Source: Marine Group II euryarchaeote MED-G38
GTDB taxonomy: Archaea > Thermoplasmatota > Poseidoniia > Poseidoniales > Thalassarchaeaceae
Length of the DNA stretch: 64,000 bases
Reading direction: 5' to 3'
NCBI GenBank assembly: GCA_002457145.1
Contig: NTJP01000007.1
Coordinates: 28,425 to 92,424 of the forward strand
The notes beneath the pieces were generated by a model, which made no database searches, had not been told where the DNA came from, and saw only the letters and a list, made by a program, of their open reading frames with translations. Of this stretch, positions 46,209 to 57,100 are shown in pieces. A program made the translations under genes and the position numbers. Numbering within the stretch: position 1 is the stretch's first letter; every line of letters begins with the position of its first letter.

Positions 46209-48908
46209 TCAATCTTCTTGGTTAAGTAATAAGGCTTCATTAATCATTTTATTCTCTTTTCTTGTTCTTAAAAATATCAAAATAAGGAATATTGAGCCGA
46301 TTAGCATAGCACCATAAAGTAGAAATTGGCCAACAAAATCATTTACTAAACTAATTGTAGATGTGTCAGCATTAACAATCAATTCGATAGGTTCTCCAGC
46401 AACTGGAGTATCTTCCGGTTGAATTATTATGGTAAATTTGTAAGTATCGTCATCCTTTAAACCAACTGGAGGGGTAACTCTAATTTCTATTTCTTTGGTC
46501 TCTCCAGGTTGTAATTTAAAATCATTAGGAACAACATCAACAGACCATTGTCGTAAAGGAGCCGGCGTAATAACTTCTACTTTTTCTTCCGAGTTTCCAT
46601 TATTTGTAACGTAAGCAATAAAAGTACCTCTATTTGGATATTTAATAGTAATTTCTTCTGGAGATGAATCCAAGGTATATTGCAAATCATGAATTATCAT
46701 TACATCTATATTGAAATCAATTGATGAAGATTGCGCGGTATTCTTCTTCGAAGATACGCTAACACTTATCGTACCAGAAATTCCACTTTCAACGCCGTCA
46801 ATTACTTCAAGATCAACCTCTACCAAGACTCTAGAATCTGCAGGTATTGTGATTTCATTATTGGAGATTTGACCATCGACTTTGATGGTATGTAATACAG
46901 AAGATTCCATGCCTGTAACTGTTATTATTGCATCATCAATACCGCCATTTCCAGTATTATCTATCCAGAAAAATGTACCATATCCTCCGCCCGGAGGTAG
47001 TGATAAAGAAGCGCTAGCAGGGTCATTCCCAGGATTTTGGAATGAAATTGCCATACTATAATTATAATTTGAAACTGTAACTCTGACTATTTCGGTGGAT
47101 TGATAGGATGCGCCCATTATGCCTACTCTTATTTCAAAAACTTCTTCACTGTTGTCAAAAGGATCTTCTACTGAAATATCAGCGAATATCTCCATTAATT
47201 CTGCTGGATCTAGAGTGATTGTAGAAATCTTGTTCCCTTGAGAATTGGAAAATGATGCATTCCAAGCAGGAGAAGAACATGAAGAGTTGATGTTAGGATT
47301 ACATACATCCAAAATAAAGGTATCCCGAACATTACCAGTATTTTCAATATGAAGTGGGAATTTGACAATTTGTGTAAATTTACCTGTTTGAGAATCAGAA
47401 GTTAAGGATGTATCTACAGAGTGAACTGCTGCTACAGTGGCTTCGAGAGAAATGGTATCATGTTCCGTACCTGCAGAGTTGACATAAAATTCGAGTTCAT
47501 ATTGAATATTAGCTAATGCACCTGTAGGTATTTGGATATCGGCATCTAATATTTGTTCATTACAGTTATTTGGTCCACAATGTCTACCATTAATTGTAAT
47601 ACTACTTTGAGATAATGTTACTTGCCATCCAGAGGGTAAATTTGTAGCCCCTACTGCAAATGTATCTTGTCCATTACCTATGTTTTTAACAGTTAACTCT
47701 ACTCTTTCTGTAGTTCCTGGCTGTGCATTAGATAATTTCGGAGTACTTAGTGAAAGAGAAGCATCTTTATTTTGTCCTACAGTTACGTAAAGTATTTCTT
47801 CACAAGCGATAGAATTGCCTGCTCTTGCCTGTATTTTTAATTCAATTGTATCTGGTTCTACAGAATCATCTGGAGTTATTATAAATGTAAACGTGTGTGA
47901 ATCTTGAGATGTTCCTGGTTCAGTCAAGGTTTTCGATTGAGCGCCTTCAAAAGAAATCCAACCTTGTATATTCGCTTCATCAGAATCAGAAGCAGCTGAT
48001 GCTGTCCAATCTGTGTTCCCAATATTTGTAATTGAAAAAGAATTAGATGCAGACTCTGACGGTTCTAAAGTATGAGAAGATTTACCAAGAGATGCTTCAC
48101 ACTCTTTTATTTCAGGAATTTGAAGAGTGAGTGTTATATTATCTTCAGCCCTATCTGCAGCATTTGGATCCTGAGTTACTGTTGCCCTAATTATGAAACA
48201 ATGTGAATCTGCTTCAGTAGCTCCTTCATCAGGAACATCAACGGTTATTTCAACTTCCTCAGTATCGCCAGAACCTAGATTCTCTGTAGACTGTTTGTCC
48301 GAATTAGCTGTAAGGCCATCTGAATCACAATCTCCATCAGATGTTATTTCAATTTGCATTGTAGATGATTGTTCTCCAGTGTTTTCAACGATTAGTTCCC
48401 ATTTTACTTGGTCACCATCTTCTTCACTATCATAATTTATTGTCTGAGGGCCATTATTTTTAACAGAAATTTGAACCGAGTATTGGCCTCCTCCGTCCTC
48501 ATTGGTTGTTTCAACCGTAATAGAATCAGAATCTTGATCTCCAGGCGAAGCCCCTACTGCTGTGGCTGAAACGGTAGTTTCACAACTATCTCCAGCCGTA
48601 TCAGACAAAGTTACTGTTAGTTCTGTGGTCTCACTACTTCCGCCATTAACAGTAAGTACTTGGTCAGATAAGGAAGATGAATAACCATTGCATTCTGCTG
48701 CTTGAGATGTACTCAGTGAAATAGTAGCATCATCTTCTCCAGAATTTGCTACAGTTATTGTATATGTTGCATCATCTCCCGATGAAGCCGATTGACTTGT
48801 TGGTGAAGCAGATAAACTGACATTAACAGACGCTGAAGCTAGAGGTAGTGAAATAATTATCAGCATCAAAGTAATCAAAATTGTGACTACAGAATTGTTC
48901 CTCATCAT
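46209..48908 (-). CDS. Type I membrane-anchored surface protein made of repeated CARDB/NEW3-like beta-sandwich modules
   Basis: 899 aa. Signal peptide MMRNNSVVTILITLMLIIISLPLASA. At least 8 modules carrying an xNxGN-type signature (TVANSGEDD, SVKNNGPQT, IVENTGEQS, SITNIGNTD, TVKNIGNGQ, HIENTGNVR, WIDNTGNGG, YVTNNGNSE). C-terminal TM LLYGAMLIGSIFLILIFL followed by RTRK. Confidence 0.7.
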   Translation of the reverse strand: MMRNNSVVTILITLMLIIISLPLASASVNVSLSASPTSQSASSGDDATYTITVANSGEDDATISLSTSQAAECNGYSSSLSDQVLTVNGGSSETTELTVTLSDTAGDSCETTVSATAVGASPGDQDSDSITVETTNEDGGGQYSVQISVKNNGPQTINYDSEEDGDQVKWELIVENTGEQSSTMQIEITSDGDCDSDGLTANSDKQSTENLGSGDTEEVEITVDVPDEGATEADSHCFIIRATVTQDPNAADRAEDNITLTLQIPEIKECEASLGKSSHTLEPSESASNSFSITNIGNTDWTASAASDSDEANIQGWISFEGAQSKTLTEPGTSQDSHTFTFIITPDDSVEPDTIELKIQARAGNSIACEEILYVTVGQNKDASLSLSTPKLSNAQPGTTERVELTVKNIGNGQDTFAVGATNLPSGWQVTLSQSSITINGRHCGPNNCNEQILDADIQIPTGALANIQYELEFYVNSAGTEHDTISLEATVAAVHSVDTSLTSDSQTGKFTQIVKFPLHIENTGNVRDTFILDVCNPNINSSCSSPAWNASFSNSQGNKISTITLDPAELMEIFADISVEDPFDNSEEVFEIRVGIMGASYQSTEIVRVTVSNYNYSMAISFQNPGNDPASASLSLPPGGGYGTFFWIDNTGNGGIDDAIITVTGMESSVLHTIKVDGQISNNEITIPADSRVLVEVDLEVIDGVESGISGTISVSVSSKKNTAQSSSIDFNIDVMIIHDLQYTLDSSPEEITIKYPNRGTFIAYVTNNGNSEEKVEVITPAPLRQWSVDVVPNDFKLQPGETKEIEIRVTPPVGLKDDDTYKFTIIIQPEDTPVAGEPIELIVNADTSTISLVNDFVGQFLLYGAMLIGSIFLILIFLRTRKENKMINEALLLNQED

Positions 48909-48976
48909 ACATCGGAATCAATCTTTACTCAAAGGACTTTGGAATAAATGCACATTAAAGATATGAATAACTTAAT

Positions 48977-48996
48977 CGAAAAAAACAATCAAAAAG
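48977..48996 (-). terminator. Possible oligo-U archaeal terminator after the S8 protease gene
   Basis: On the transcribed strand, CTTTTTG and GTTTTTTCG runs lie 20-40 nt after the protease stop, ahead of an AT-rich stretch that could hold the next promoter. Sequence-only guess. Confidence 0.25.
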
Positions 48997-49014
48997 TTAT
49001 AATTTTTGTATAAT

Positions 49015-52000
49015 TTACTGGATATCAGCATTATCCTGGTCTGGAATCCAAGTTTCATTATCAGAATCCCATAACCACCCAGGATACTCATCGTATTTCT
49101 CTAGATTTTTTGAAGTATCTCTAATGGTTTCATTTTGTTCATTAACAATAGATTTAGGAGAAATTATCAACTCCACTTCCTTCTTTTTATTAATATCTGA
49201 GGACGTATTATTGCTTATCTTTTTTAATTCAAAACCTCGTTGATAAACAAATAAACCTACGCCAATAAATGATAAAATAATAATTGAGATTAATAGAATT
49301 AAACCAAATGAGAACCCTTGATTTTCGGTAACTCCTTTTACTTCAATTGGAAATGTTTTACTGTAGTCTAATCCCCCTGTCGTTTCTCCAAGGTCTAAGA
49401 CTATTGAACCATCATTTCCATTATTAGGCGTAAATTCTATCTGAACAGATCTTATTTCATCAGGCTGTAAATTAACCATCATTCCATCCAATACTCTAAT
49501 GTTCCAACTATTAGGACCAGAGACGACAATCCTATCGGAAATTATTGAATTACCGGTATTTTGTAATTCAAAATACATGGTACTTGATGAATCTGCATAA
49601 ATATCACTTACTTGAATTAAAGTCCATCTTACCTGGCTCAGAGTTTCAACCAGAAGTGAAATTGTATTTCTTGTTTCTATTCCTCCTCCTTCCATTACTA
49701 ATGTTACTTCTGGTTCTGAACCTGCTTCTGCAGATAAAGGAATAATTACTGTACACCAAACTCGAGAGGTTTCTCCAGGATATATTTTTTGAGGAGTTAA
49801 TGAACATGATGAAGAAAAATCGTTAGTTGGTAAATCCATCATAATAGATGGTTCCCAACTTACTGTACCATCATTCCTCACAGACCATCCTAAATCAAAT
49901 CCAGGTTCCCCAACTGGATAAGAATCTACGCCCAATGGCGTATCGGCAGTTTGTCCATTTGGGATATCAACTTGATAAAAATCAACTACAGGTACTGCCC
50001 CAGAAATTACATCTAGTGTGATGTTCCAATCTATTGAATAGCCATAATCGGTGATAAATCTAATTTCTAAGATACCACTTGATGCTTTACCATTACCAGT
50101 TATGGACATAGACCATTGTGAGTTTTGTCCCCTTTCAATTGATATCTCTTCAAGATTAGAAAGTGTCCACCCTCCTGGGAGATTCCTTTGGATTGGTTGT
50201 AATGTTATTTCTCTATTTCCTTCGTTTTTTATATCCAAAATAAACTGATAATTACCATCGGATAAAAGTGTATTTTCATCTCCACCTGATTCTAAAGATA
50301 TCTCAATTTTATCATATCCAATTACTAATAGAGGTATGTCAATTATCCACACGTCATTACTAACTCTAGAACCTACTTCTAACTTAGCAATAAACTCGGA
50401 ACCTGCTTCTATCAATGAACCAGGAGAAGTCACAGTTACATCAATATTTATCTTATCATTTTTAATTAATGTACCAGAGGACCCAGCTGATGAACCACTA
50501 AAAGGACCTATGTCGTCAAAACCTAAATTCCATCCTGCAGGAGAGGTTAATGATAAATCATAAGTTTGGGCCCCATTTCCATTATTTTTAATATCAAAGG
50601 AAAAATTTGTATCCACTAAAGAACTAACAAAAATCTCTGATGAAGGTAGGATAATTTGAGGCTGGGCTAGTACAGGTACGTCAAAGAAAATTTCTAACTC
50701 TGAATCTATATTATTTTCAATATCATTACCAGTTACTATCATTTTGTACAAACCTGGCTGTGGAGGTGCTGGATGCGACATGAGTAAAGTAACCGGAATA
50801 TTTTCTGAAGCATCTAAATTAAAATTAGTGTTGTTAAAAAAACTAGGCCAATTAAACTGAGTATTATCTCTGGTCCTTATTGGTGAAGATACTGAAATTG
50901 TAGCATTAGTCTCAAATAGAGCAGTATTGGTTATTATTAAGTCCCATTGAGTTGTTGAATCTGATGCCCCTCCTAATGTTACTATTGGACTTTCAGATGA
51001 AACTCTGATGCCAGGAGTACTTACGAAAACAAGTGCAGAAATGAAGTTATTAACTTCAGAAAGTTCTTCTAAACTATCATTTGGATCAATGTAAAATGAA
51101 ATTTCAACCTCTCCTTCGTCTTCAGATATTGGAGTCCAGTACCACGTTAATTCTTCAAAACCACCAGGAGACATTGTTACTAATTGGTTTCCTATAGGAT
51201 TAGAATTTGCATATGCAGTTACTGGTAAATCTGTAAAAGAACCGGCACCTTGGTTTCTCAGTGATATTGATATTTCTACTTCTTCACCAACCTGGGGTAT
51301 TGGAATAGAGATTTCAAATGAATCAGAAATGAAAGTTGGATCAGGAGTTAAGTCATTTACATTAACTCCTCTTACTGCTATAGAATATGGTTGAAATGTT
51401 CTACTACCTCCATGCGATGTATCTTTTACTTTAACAGTCCATATTCCAGTGGTGGCGCTATCAATTAGAACAACTTCAACATTATTCCTATTATCTTTTG
51501 AGCCGCCTGTTGTTGATTTGCCATTACTGAAATCGTTCCCTAAATAAGTCACTTCTCCATTTGGAGAGATTACTTCAAGATCTAGGTCATTTCTTAATTG
51601 AATACTTGAACTACTAGAACCTGGATAATCGGACCATGCAACGACTACTTTCAGTGGTTCTCCACTTCTTGTGACATCAAATGAATATTCGTTTACTTGT
51701 CCGGCCGATAATCGAGATCTATCATCAACATATATCCCTATATCTTCATCTGGAATCAGTGTGTCTATCAGATTTACTCTGCCCCATCCTTCATCATTAT
51801 TGGGAATGTTACGTGTACCCATATCTTCAGCCCCTAGAATCAACATCGCCTTGATCAAAGACCCTTGAGGGGCCGGGCGTTCCGCGATTTCCATTATATA
51901 TTCTCTAACCAAAGCGGCGGCCCCTGCTACAGCAGGTGTTGCCATTGATGTTCCACTGTATTCAATATAATATGAGTCCCCAATATTTGTTGAAGCATCT

Positions 52001-53457
52001 TCTGCTTCTTGGGCTAAGCATGATCGAACGTAATCACCCGGGCCAGTGACATCTGGCTTTATCCTACCATCATCCGTCGGCCCTTGACTAGAATATGGAT
52101 ACATTTGATCAGGATCCCATCTATTTTGGTGTCCTCCTACTGTAATAACATTCTTTGCGGTACCAGGAGACGAAATACCATTTGCACCTTCATTTCCAGC
52201 AGCGAATAAAACCGTCATACCCTGATAGGCCCAGTACTGATCCCATGTAGATGTTCTATCATCTGCATCCTCGGATTGCGTAGTATAAGACCCCCCTACT
52301 GGAGAACCCCAACTATTTGTATGAAATCTTGCGCCACCTGAATTATATGCTGAATTTAGCATTCCATAAATTCCGCTATTAGAAAGTTGAGCATTGCTAT
52401 CTATCTCCATTGCTTGAAAATATAATTCTGCTTCTGGAGCAATACCAGTATATGCAGAAGTCCTACTGCCGTCTCCTAAAACCGTACATGCAACGTGAGT
52501 GCCATGGCCGTCATTTGTATCTGCTGTGGATGAGTCTCCAGCTACATTAACAACATTGATAATTCTGTTACCAAAATCTCCATGGTCTTCATCGATACCA
52601 GTATCCGCAACTGCTACTATTTGGCCGCTACCATTTAGGCCAGTAACATATGTATTCTCAACAGTATTTATTCCCATATGTATCCTAGCTTGATTATTAT
52701 GTGTATTGCGCTCAAAAACTGGAGAAATATAAGAAACTGATGGATATTTTAGTATTTCATTTATATCTTTAGTATTGATTTCTCCGATATATACTCCACT
52801 TCGAGGTGAATGATAATTATTCATCCACATTAGTGCTATTTCTGATAATGAACTGGTTAGGTTTATTCCAGGAGAATCATGTCTAAATAAATCAGAATCT
52901 TTCCATCCTAATAACTCTACCAATACTGTTTCATCATTATTTAAATTGAAAAATTGTTTATCGGTAAACAATCCTAATGGAACTGAATGACTTGTTGCTA
53001 CTATGGAAAGATTAGCAATTTTACTGAGTTGATCCTGAGTTCCTTGTATCAGAAAACCGGATGGAGGTATAGTTGCGCGAATTTCTACTTCTGCATGTTC
53101 CATTATTTCCATCCTAGCATCCCATAAACCGGTTTCTCCATCGATTAAAGCCAGTGATAAGTCTGATCGAGGAAACGTCAGTTCTGAATTCATATGAACT
53201 CTTGGTATCAAACCCAGTTCCGTATAAATTCCAATAGGAGTATCTGCCCTTAAATTTCTTATCTCTTCTAAATCAAAATATGACGATACTGGAGATAGAT
53301 TTTGGATTGAATTTGGGTTAGGAGATATTTCATTCCTTTGATATTCTTGAAAAAAAGTATTTTCTTGCTGATCATCTATTTTAGTTTCATATTCCATCAA
53401 AGGAAGATATGATAGTAAAAGAATACTGAGTATCAGTACTGAGATACGCTTATTCAT
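49015..53457 (-). CDS. Membrane-anchored extracellular subtilisin-like serine protease (peptidase S8), 1480 aa
   Basis: Signal peptide MNKRISVLILSILLLSYLPL. Catalytic Asp VAVADTGID, His DGHGTHVA, oxyanion AAGNEG, Ser SGTSMATPAVAG. P-domain-like VVAWSDYPG...LRNDLDLEV, at least 6 xNxGN beta-sandwich modules, C-terminal TM LILLISIIILSFIGVGLFVY and a 74-aa cytoplasmic tail. Confidence 0.9.
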   Translation of the reverse strand: MNKRISVLILSILLLSYLPLMEYETKIDDQQENTFFQEYQRNEISPNPNSIQNLSPVSSYFDLEEIRNLRADTPIGIYTELGLIPRVHMNSELTFPRSDLSLALIDGETGLWDARMEIMEHAEVEIRATIPPSGFLIQGTQDQLSKIANLSIVATSHSVPLGLFTDKQFFNLNNDETVLVELLGWKDSDLFRHDSPGINLTSSLSEIALMWMNNYHSPRSGVYIGEINTKDINEILKYPSVSYISPVFERNTHNNQARIHMGINTVENTYVTGLNGSGQIVAVADTGIDEDHGDFGNRIINVVNVAGDSSTADTNDGHGTHVACTVLGDGSRTSAYTGIAPEAELYFQAMEIDSNAQLSNSGIYGMLNSAYNSGGARFHTNSWGSPVGGSYTTQSEDADDRTSTWDQYWAYQGMTVLFAAGNEGANGISSPGTAKNVITVGGHQNRWDPDQMYPYSSQGPTDDGRIKPDVTGPGDYVRSCLAQEAEDASTNIGDSYYIEYSGTSMATPAVAGAAALVREYIMEIAERPAPQGSLIKAMLILGAEDMGTRNIPNNDEGWGRVNLIDTLIPDEDIGIYVDDRSRLSAGQVNEYSFDVTRSGEPLKVVVAWSDYPGSSSSSIQLRNDLDLEVISPNGEVTYLGNDFSNGKSTTGGSKDNRNNVEVVLIDSATTGIWTVKVKDTSHGGSRTFQPYSIAVRGVNVNDLTPDPTFISDSFEISIPIPQVGEEVEISISLRNQGAGSFTDLPVTAYANSNPIGNQLVTMSPGGFEELTWYWTPISEDEGEVEISFYIDPNDSLEELSEVNNFISALVFVSTPGIRVSSESPIVTLGGASDSTTQWDLIITNTALFETNATISVSSPIRTRDNTQFNWPSFFNNTNFNLDASENIPVTLLMSHPAPPQPGLYKMIVTGNDIENNIDSELEIFFDVPVLAQPQIILPSSEIFVSSLVDTNFSFDIKNNGNGAQTYDLSLTSPAGWNLGFDDIGPFSGSSAGSSGTLIKNDKINIDVTVTSPGSLIEAGSEFIAKLEVGSRVSNDVWIIDIPLLVIGYDKIEISLESGGDENTLLSDGNYQFILDIKNEGNREITLQPIQRNLPGGWTLSNLEEISIERGQNSQWSMSITGNGKASSGILEIRFITDYGYSIDWNITLDVISGAVPVVDFYQVDIPNGQTADTPLGVDSYPVGEPGFDLGWSVRNDGTVSWEPSIMMDLPTNDFSSSCSLTPQKIYPGETSRVWCTVIIPLSAEAGSEPEVTLVMEGGGIETRNTISLLVETLSQVRWTLIQVSDIYADSSSTMYFELQNTGNSIISDRIVVSGPNSWNIRVLDGMMVNLQPDEIRSVQIEFTPNNGNDGSIVLDLGETTGGLDYSKTFPIEVKGVTENQGFSFGLILLISIIILSFIGVGLFVYQRGFELKKISNNTSSDINKKKEVELIISPKSIVNEQNETIRDTSKNLEKYDEYPGWLWDSDNETWIPDQDNADIQ

Positions 53458-53541
53458 GATTGTCGCCCTCAGGAATGTAATTTGATAGTATTGGTGGAAT
53501 GTTAATACATAGAATATGATTAAACATGATTAACCTCTCTC

Positions 53542-54105
53542 TTAGAAAATTGTAATTGGAGCACGATCGGTAAATAGTTCCATTGTCCATTCTCCTACTT
53601 GGTGTGTCCACCTTTCATCTACTGCCCCATTATAGTAACTGTATTCTAATAATATCTCTATTTGGTAATTTTCCCATACTGAAGCCCCTCCTACAATCAA
53701 TTCTAAATCATCTCCAGCATAGAAACTGTGTGCAGAAAGTAAATCAATATAATGATCGGTACGGCCTAACTCAACACTATTTGAATCTGTAAATCGTATA
53801 GAGATAGTTATATCTGAAATTTCCCTGCTACCATGATTGTCTAATTGTGCCAAAACTATGTGCCCTGATGTTCCTTGACGGTATACTACATCCATACTTA
53901 CTCTGTCATAAGGGACAACCCAAACTACGGTGAATAAAGATACAAAAAGCAAGGAAAGAACTGTTGCAGAAGCAAAAATAACTCTTCTTGGGGAAATTAA
54001 TTCTTTTGTTAATTCTAATGATTCTAGGATATCATGAGCTATTTCTGATTCTAATGAATCATCATCAATCTCTTCCTTTTGTAATTTTTCAAGTAGGCCC
54101 ATCAT
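53542..54105 (-). CDS. Single-pass (N-in) membrane protein with a small external beta-sandwich-like domain
   Basis: 187 aa. Acidic N-terminus, TM VIFASATVLSLLFVSLFTVVWVV, then LAQLDNHGSREISDITISI. The start overlaps the end of the upstream 1459-aa gene by 17 nt. Confidence 0.5.
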   Translation of the reverse strand: MMGLLEKLQKEEIDDDSLESEIAHDILESLELTKELISPRRVIFASATVLSLLFVSLFTVVWVVPYDRVSMDVVYRQGTSGHIVLAQLDNHGSREISDITISIRFTDSNSVELGRTDHYIDLLSAHSFYAGDDLELIVGGASVWENYQIEILLEYSYYNGAVDERWTHQVGEWTMELFTDRAPITIF

Positions 54106-57100
54106 TACTACCTCCTAAAAAAGTTAATACTGTTAAAATACCTGAAGAGAGAGGTTCTGGTGCCATTATATGGCTTGTTGATCCAGACACTCCGGGAATT
54201 ACAGATAGAATGGATAAATCAGAAGCTAAACCATTTATTCCAAATGTAGTTCCGGTTGGAATTCCTCCAGTAATTTGGGCATCTATCAAAACACCTTTCA
54301 GATCTATATTTCTGTCATTAACTTCGGCATGTAACCTTGCTGAAGCTATAATTCTTCCACCCTGAACATCATCAATCTCGATGACACTGTATGGGTAAAC
54401 AATTTCTCTAATATGTATCGTAGCACTCTTCAGATTTTCTCCTAAAGCCTCCATTTCATCTATCACAATTGGAGGTGTAGTTGGTATATTACTTGAACGA
54501 ATATATATCTTTTCAACTCCATCACCACCAGATCTAATTTGTAATCCGAAAGAATCCGTAGGTTTGATAATCATTTTATCAGTCATTCCCTCTGCTAATA
54601 GGACTATGTCGCCTCGACTATTGATTGCTCTTCCAAAAGCTTCAATATACAAAGACATACCAACATCAGAAGCTGTAAAGTCAAGGATTGGAGTGCCTTG
54701 GAATGCTAAATCTTTGGTGATATCGAAGTTTAAGTCGGGTTCGGTAGTCAAATTCATTGAACCTGGTATATCTGTCAAGAATATGGTTGCAGGCCACCAC
54801 AAATCGTCCATCCACTGCATTTGTTGAATCATCATTGAACCGACAGCAAAACCTTCTGATGTTCTAAATTGTTCTGGTACGGTCATGTCTATTGATATTG
54901 CAGAGCCAAGGCTTGCTTGAAGTTCTACTGATTCGGGTATATCTTTTATCATTATCTCAGTACGCAAACCCGCCTCTCTGTTAATTAATAAAACATGTAT
55001 CCACTCTAAACGATTGGATAATTCATAAAGACTTGTGGTTGAGACTTCCGTTATCTCTCCAAGTGTCGTTATGGTAATAATTGAGTCTAAACCTAAACTT
55101 GTATATTCTCCAACTTTTAAACCCTTCATAGTCACAAATAAATCTTGACCATTAATTCCTCTCATTACCAACATTAATTCAGTATGTTGAGGGTACCATG
55201 AATCTAAATCAACGTATATTGACCATTCTTGTTGATTTTCAAAACCATCTCTGGATATCGATAATTCAATAGAGGGGGGGAGACGAGGCATCCATAACCT
55301 CAGATGGAAACCGTCAGAAATACCTGTTGGACTGGCTTCAAGTGAAACACCATGAACCCAAGGAAGATTTTCTGTTCTTTTGTTACCATGATACGATTCC
55401 ACAACAATATCGAATTCTGAATCTGATTCTAATTCAATACCAAATGAAAAATTAGATGATTCTGATCCTGAACCTGTTGATATATCAGTAGTTATGTCCG
55501 AGAGTAAATCATTCATAGAACGTCCTAAATCCGAGAATCCACCAATAAATGATGCAATTCCCGATAATCCCTGAGAAGTATTAAATTCTGGAATTATCAA
55601 ACTTGGCCCTTCATTAACACCTGTAGGTATTTTGAGGGAAACTGAAGAAGGAAGTGGGTTAATCTCTGCCTTTACGGATAATTTATCATCAAAATTAGTT
55701 GGTGCCTTTTCAACACTGAAAAGCATAGTATTTGGATTTGCAATATTCAAATATGCAGTTCCCATTCCTGCTAATCCTTCTGCACCTTCTTCTTGGGGTT
55801 CTATCCAACCAACTTCTTTCAAACCGGAAATCCTAGAAGATAGGCTGACCTGATTATTGGCAGGATTATTGTGAAATAAGAAGTGATCACCACTCATCGT
55901 AACAGGTGTAGATGAATTAGAAATTTGAGCTTCTATAGTAGTTATTGGAGTATCAGAAGACCATGAGACAGTATTTCCAAAAGTTTGTACAAAGTTAGCT
56001 GGAAGGTCTATGATATTTGCAGCTTGATATTGATTACCTTCATTACCTGTGTAAGAAATAGTATCAATAATTGATGATGCAGAATAATGTAAAGAATCTG
56101 CAGATATTGTAATAGACAATTCATTTGGAAGATCCGAAAATGATATTGCATGGTGTGAAAAATTAACTATAGATTCTGACGGATGTTCTATAAAGGACAT
56201 AACGAGTTGTTTATCAGAATCGGTAAATATGTCTATTTTTTGTTCATTTGTTTCATTGTTATCAACAAATGATGCAGCCATGAATCCGCTAAAACTTAAA
56301 CTGGCAGCAATAGGTGCTAAAGGTTCAACAGGTCCATTTCGGCCTTGAATAATTGTCAAATCGGTATCTTTTGATAATATTAAATGGTCCCCCTCTATTT
56401 TAGGATGGGGAGAAGATCCAATCGCTAATTCAATAGAATTTAAAGGCATCATAGATCTATCTGATCTCCAATTATTAGTCATTAAAATATGGAAAGAAGC
56501 ACCGTCAAAACTACCAGAAGTGGTATCTCCGCTAAGTAAGTCTACTATGATTGTTGGAACGTCATTCAACACACTTCCAGTATCTAAAAAGAGATCTACA
56601 AGATTTAAAATTACTGAATCTACAATTTTTGATATGAAATCTAAATCTGAAGCACTATCCAAACTAGTGTCTACATCTGAAGAACCTCCCATTTCAAATG
56701 AGCCGTATACAATTAATGCGGTAGGAATATCCGTAGCTTTTACATGGATTGCTCTATGGTCTTCTTGAATTCCTCCTCGCTTAAACCAGGAATAGTAGTC
56801 TAAACTTTCAATTGATTGCTTTGATCTAATAAGTATCAGACTATTGGGTGGATTTGCAGGATTTATTGGTAATGTTAAGTCATTTACATTCGGACTCGTA
56901 TCTCTCGAGAAATTTTTAACGCCTATGATCAATCCAAGTCTATCCGGTTGCCCTCCCGGTAATTCTGGAGAATTCTCAGAACCCAACATTCTGAATATTC
57001 TTGATATTTCACCTGGAGACATTGAGCCTTCTGGCATACCCCTAAACCATCCCAGTGAATCTGTAACATTTCCATAATTTCCGTCTGATTCCGATGCAGG

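Noticed and set aside
54089-54163. The C-terminus of the 1459-aa protein, ...APEPLSSGILTVLTFLGGSNDGPT, resembles a PEP-CTERM/archaeosortase-type sorting signal (PEP plus a hydrophobic stretch).
   Set aside because: The hydrophobic stretch is short (about 14 residues with Ser, Thr and Gly) and is followed by an acidic/neutral end rather than the Arg/Lys cluster typical of sortase signals. No archaeosortase gene is in the window.
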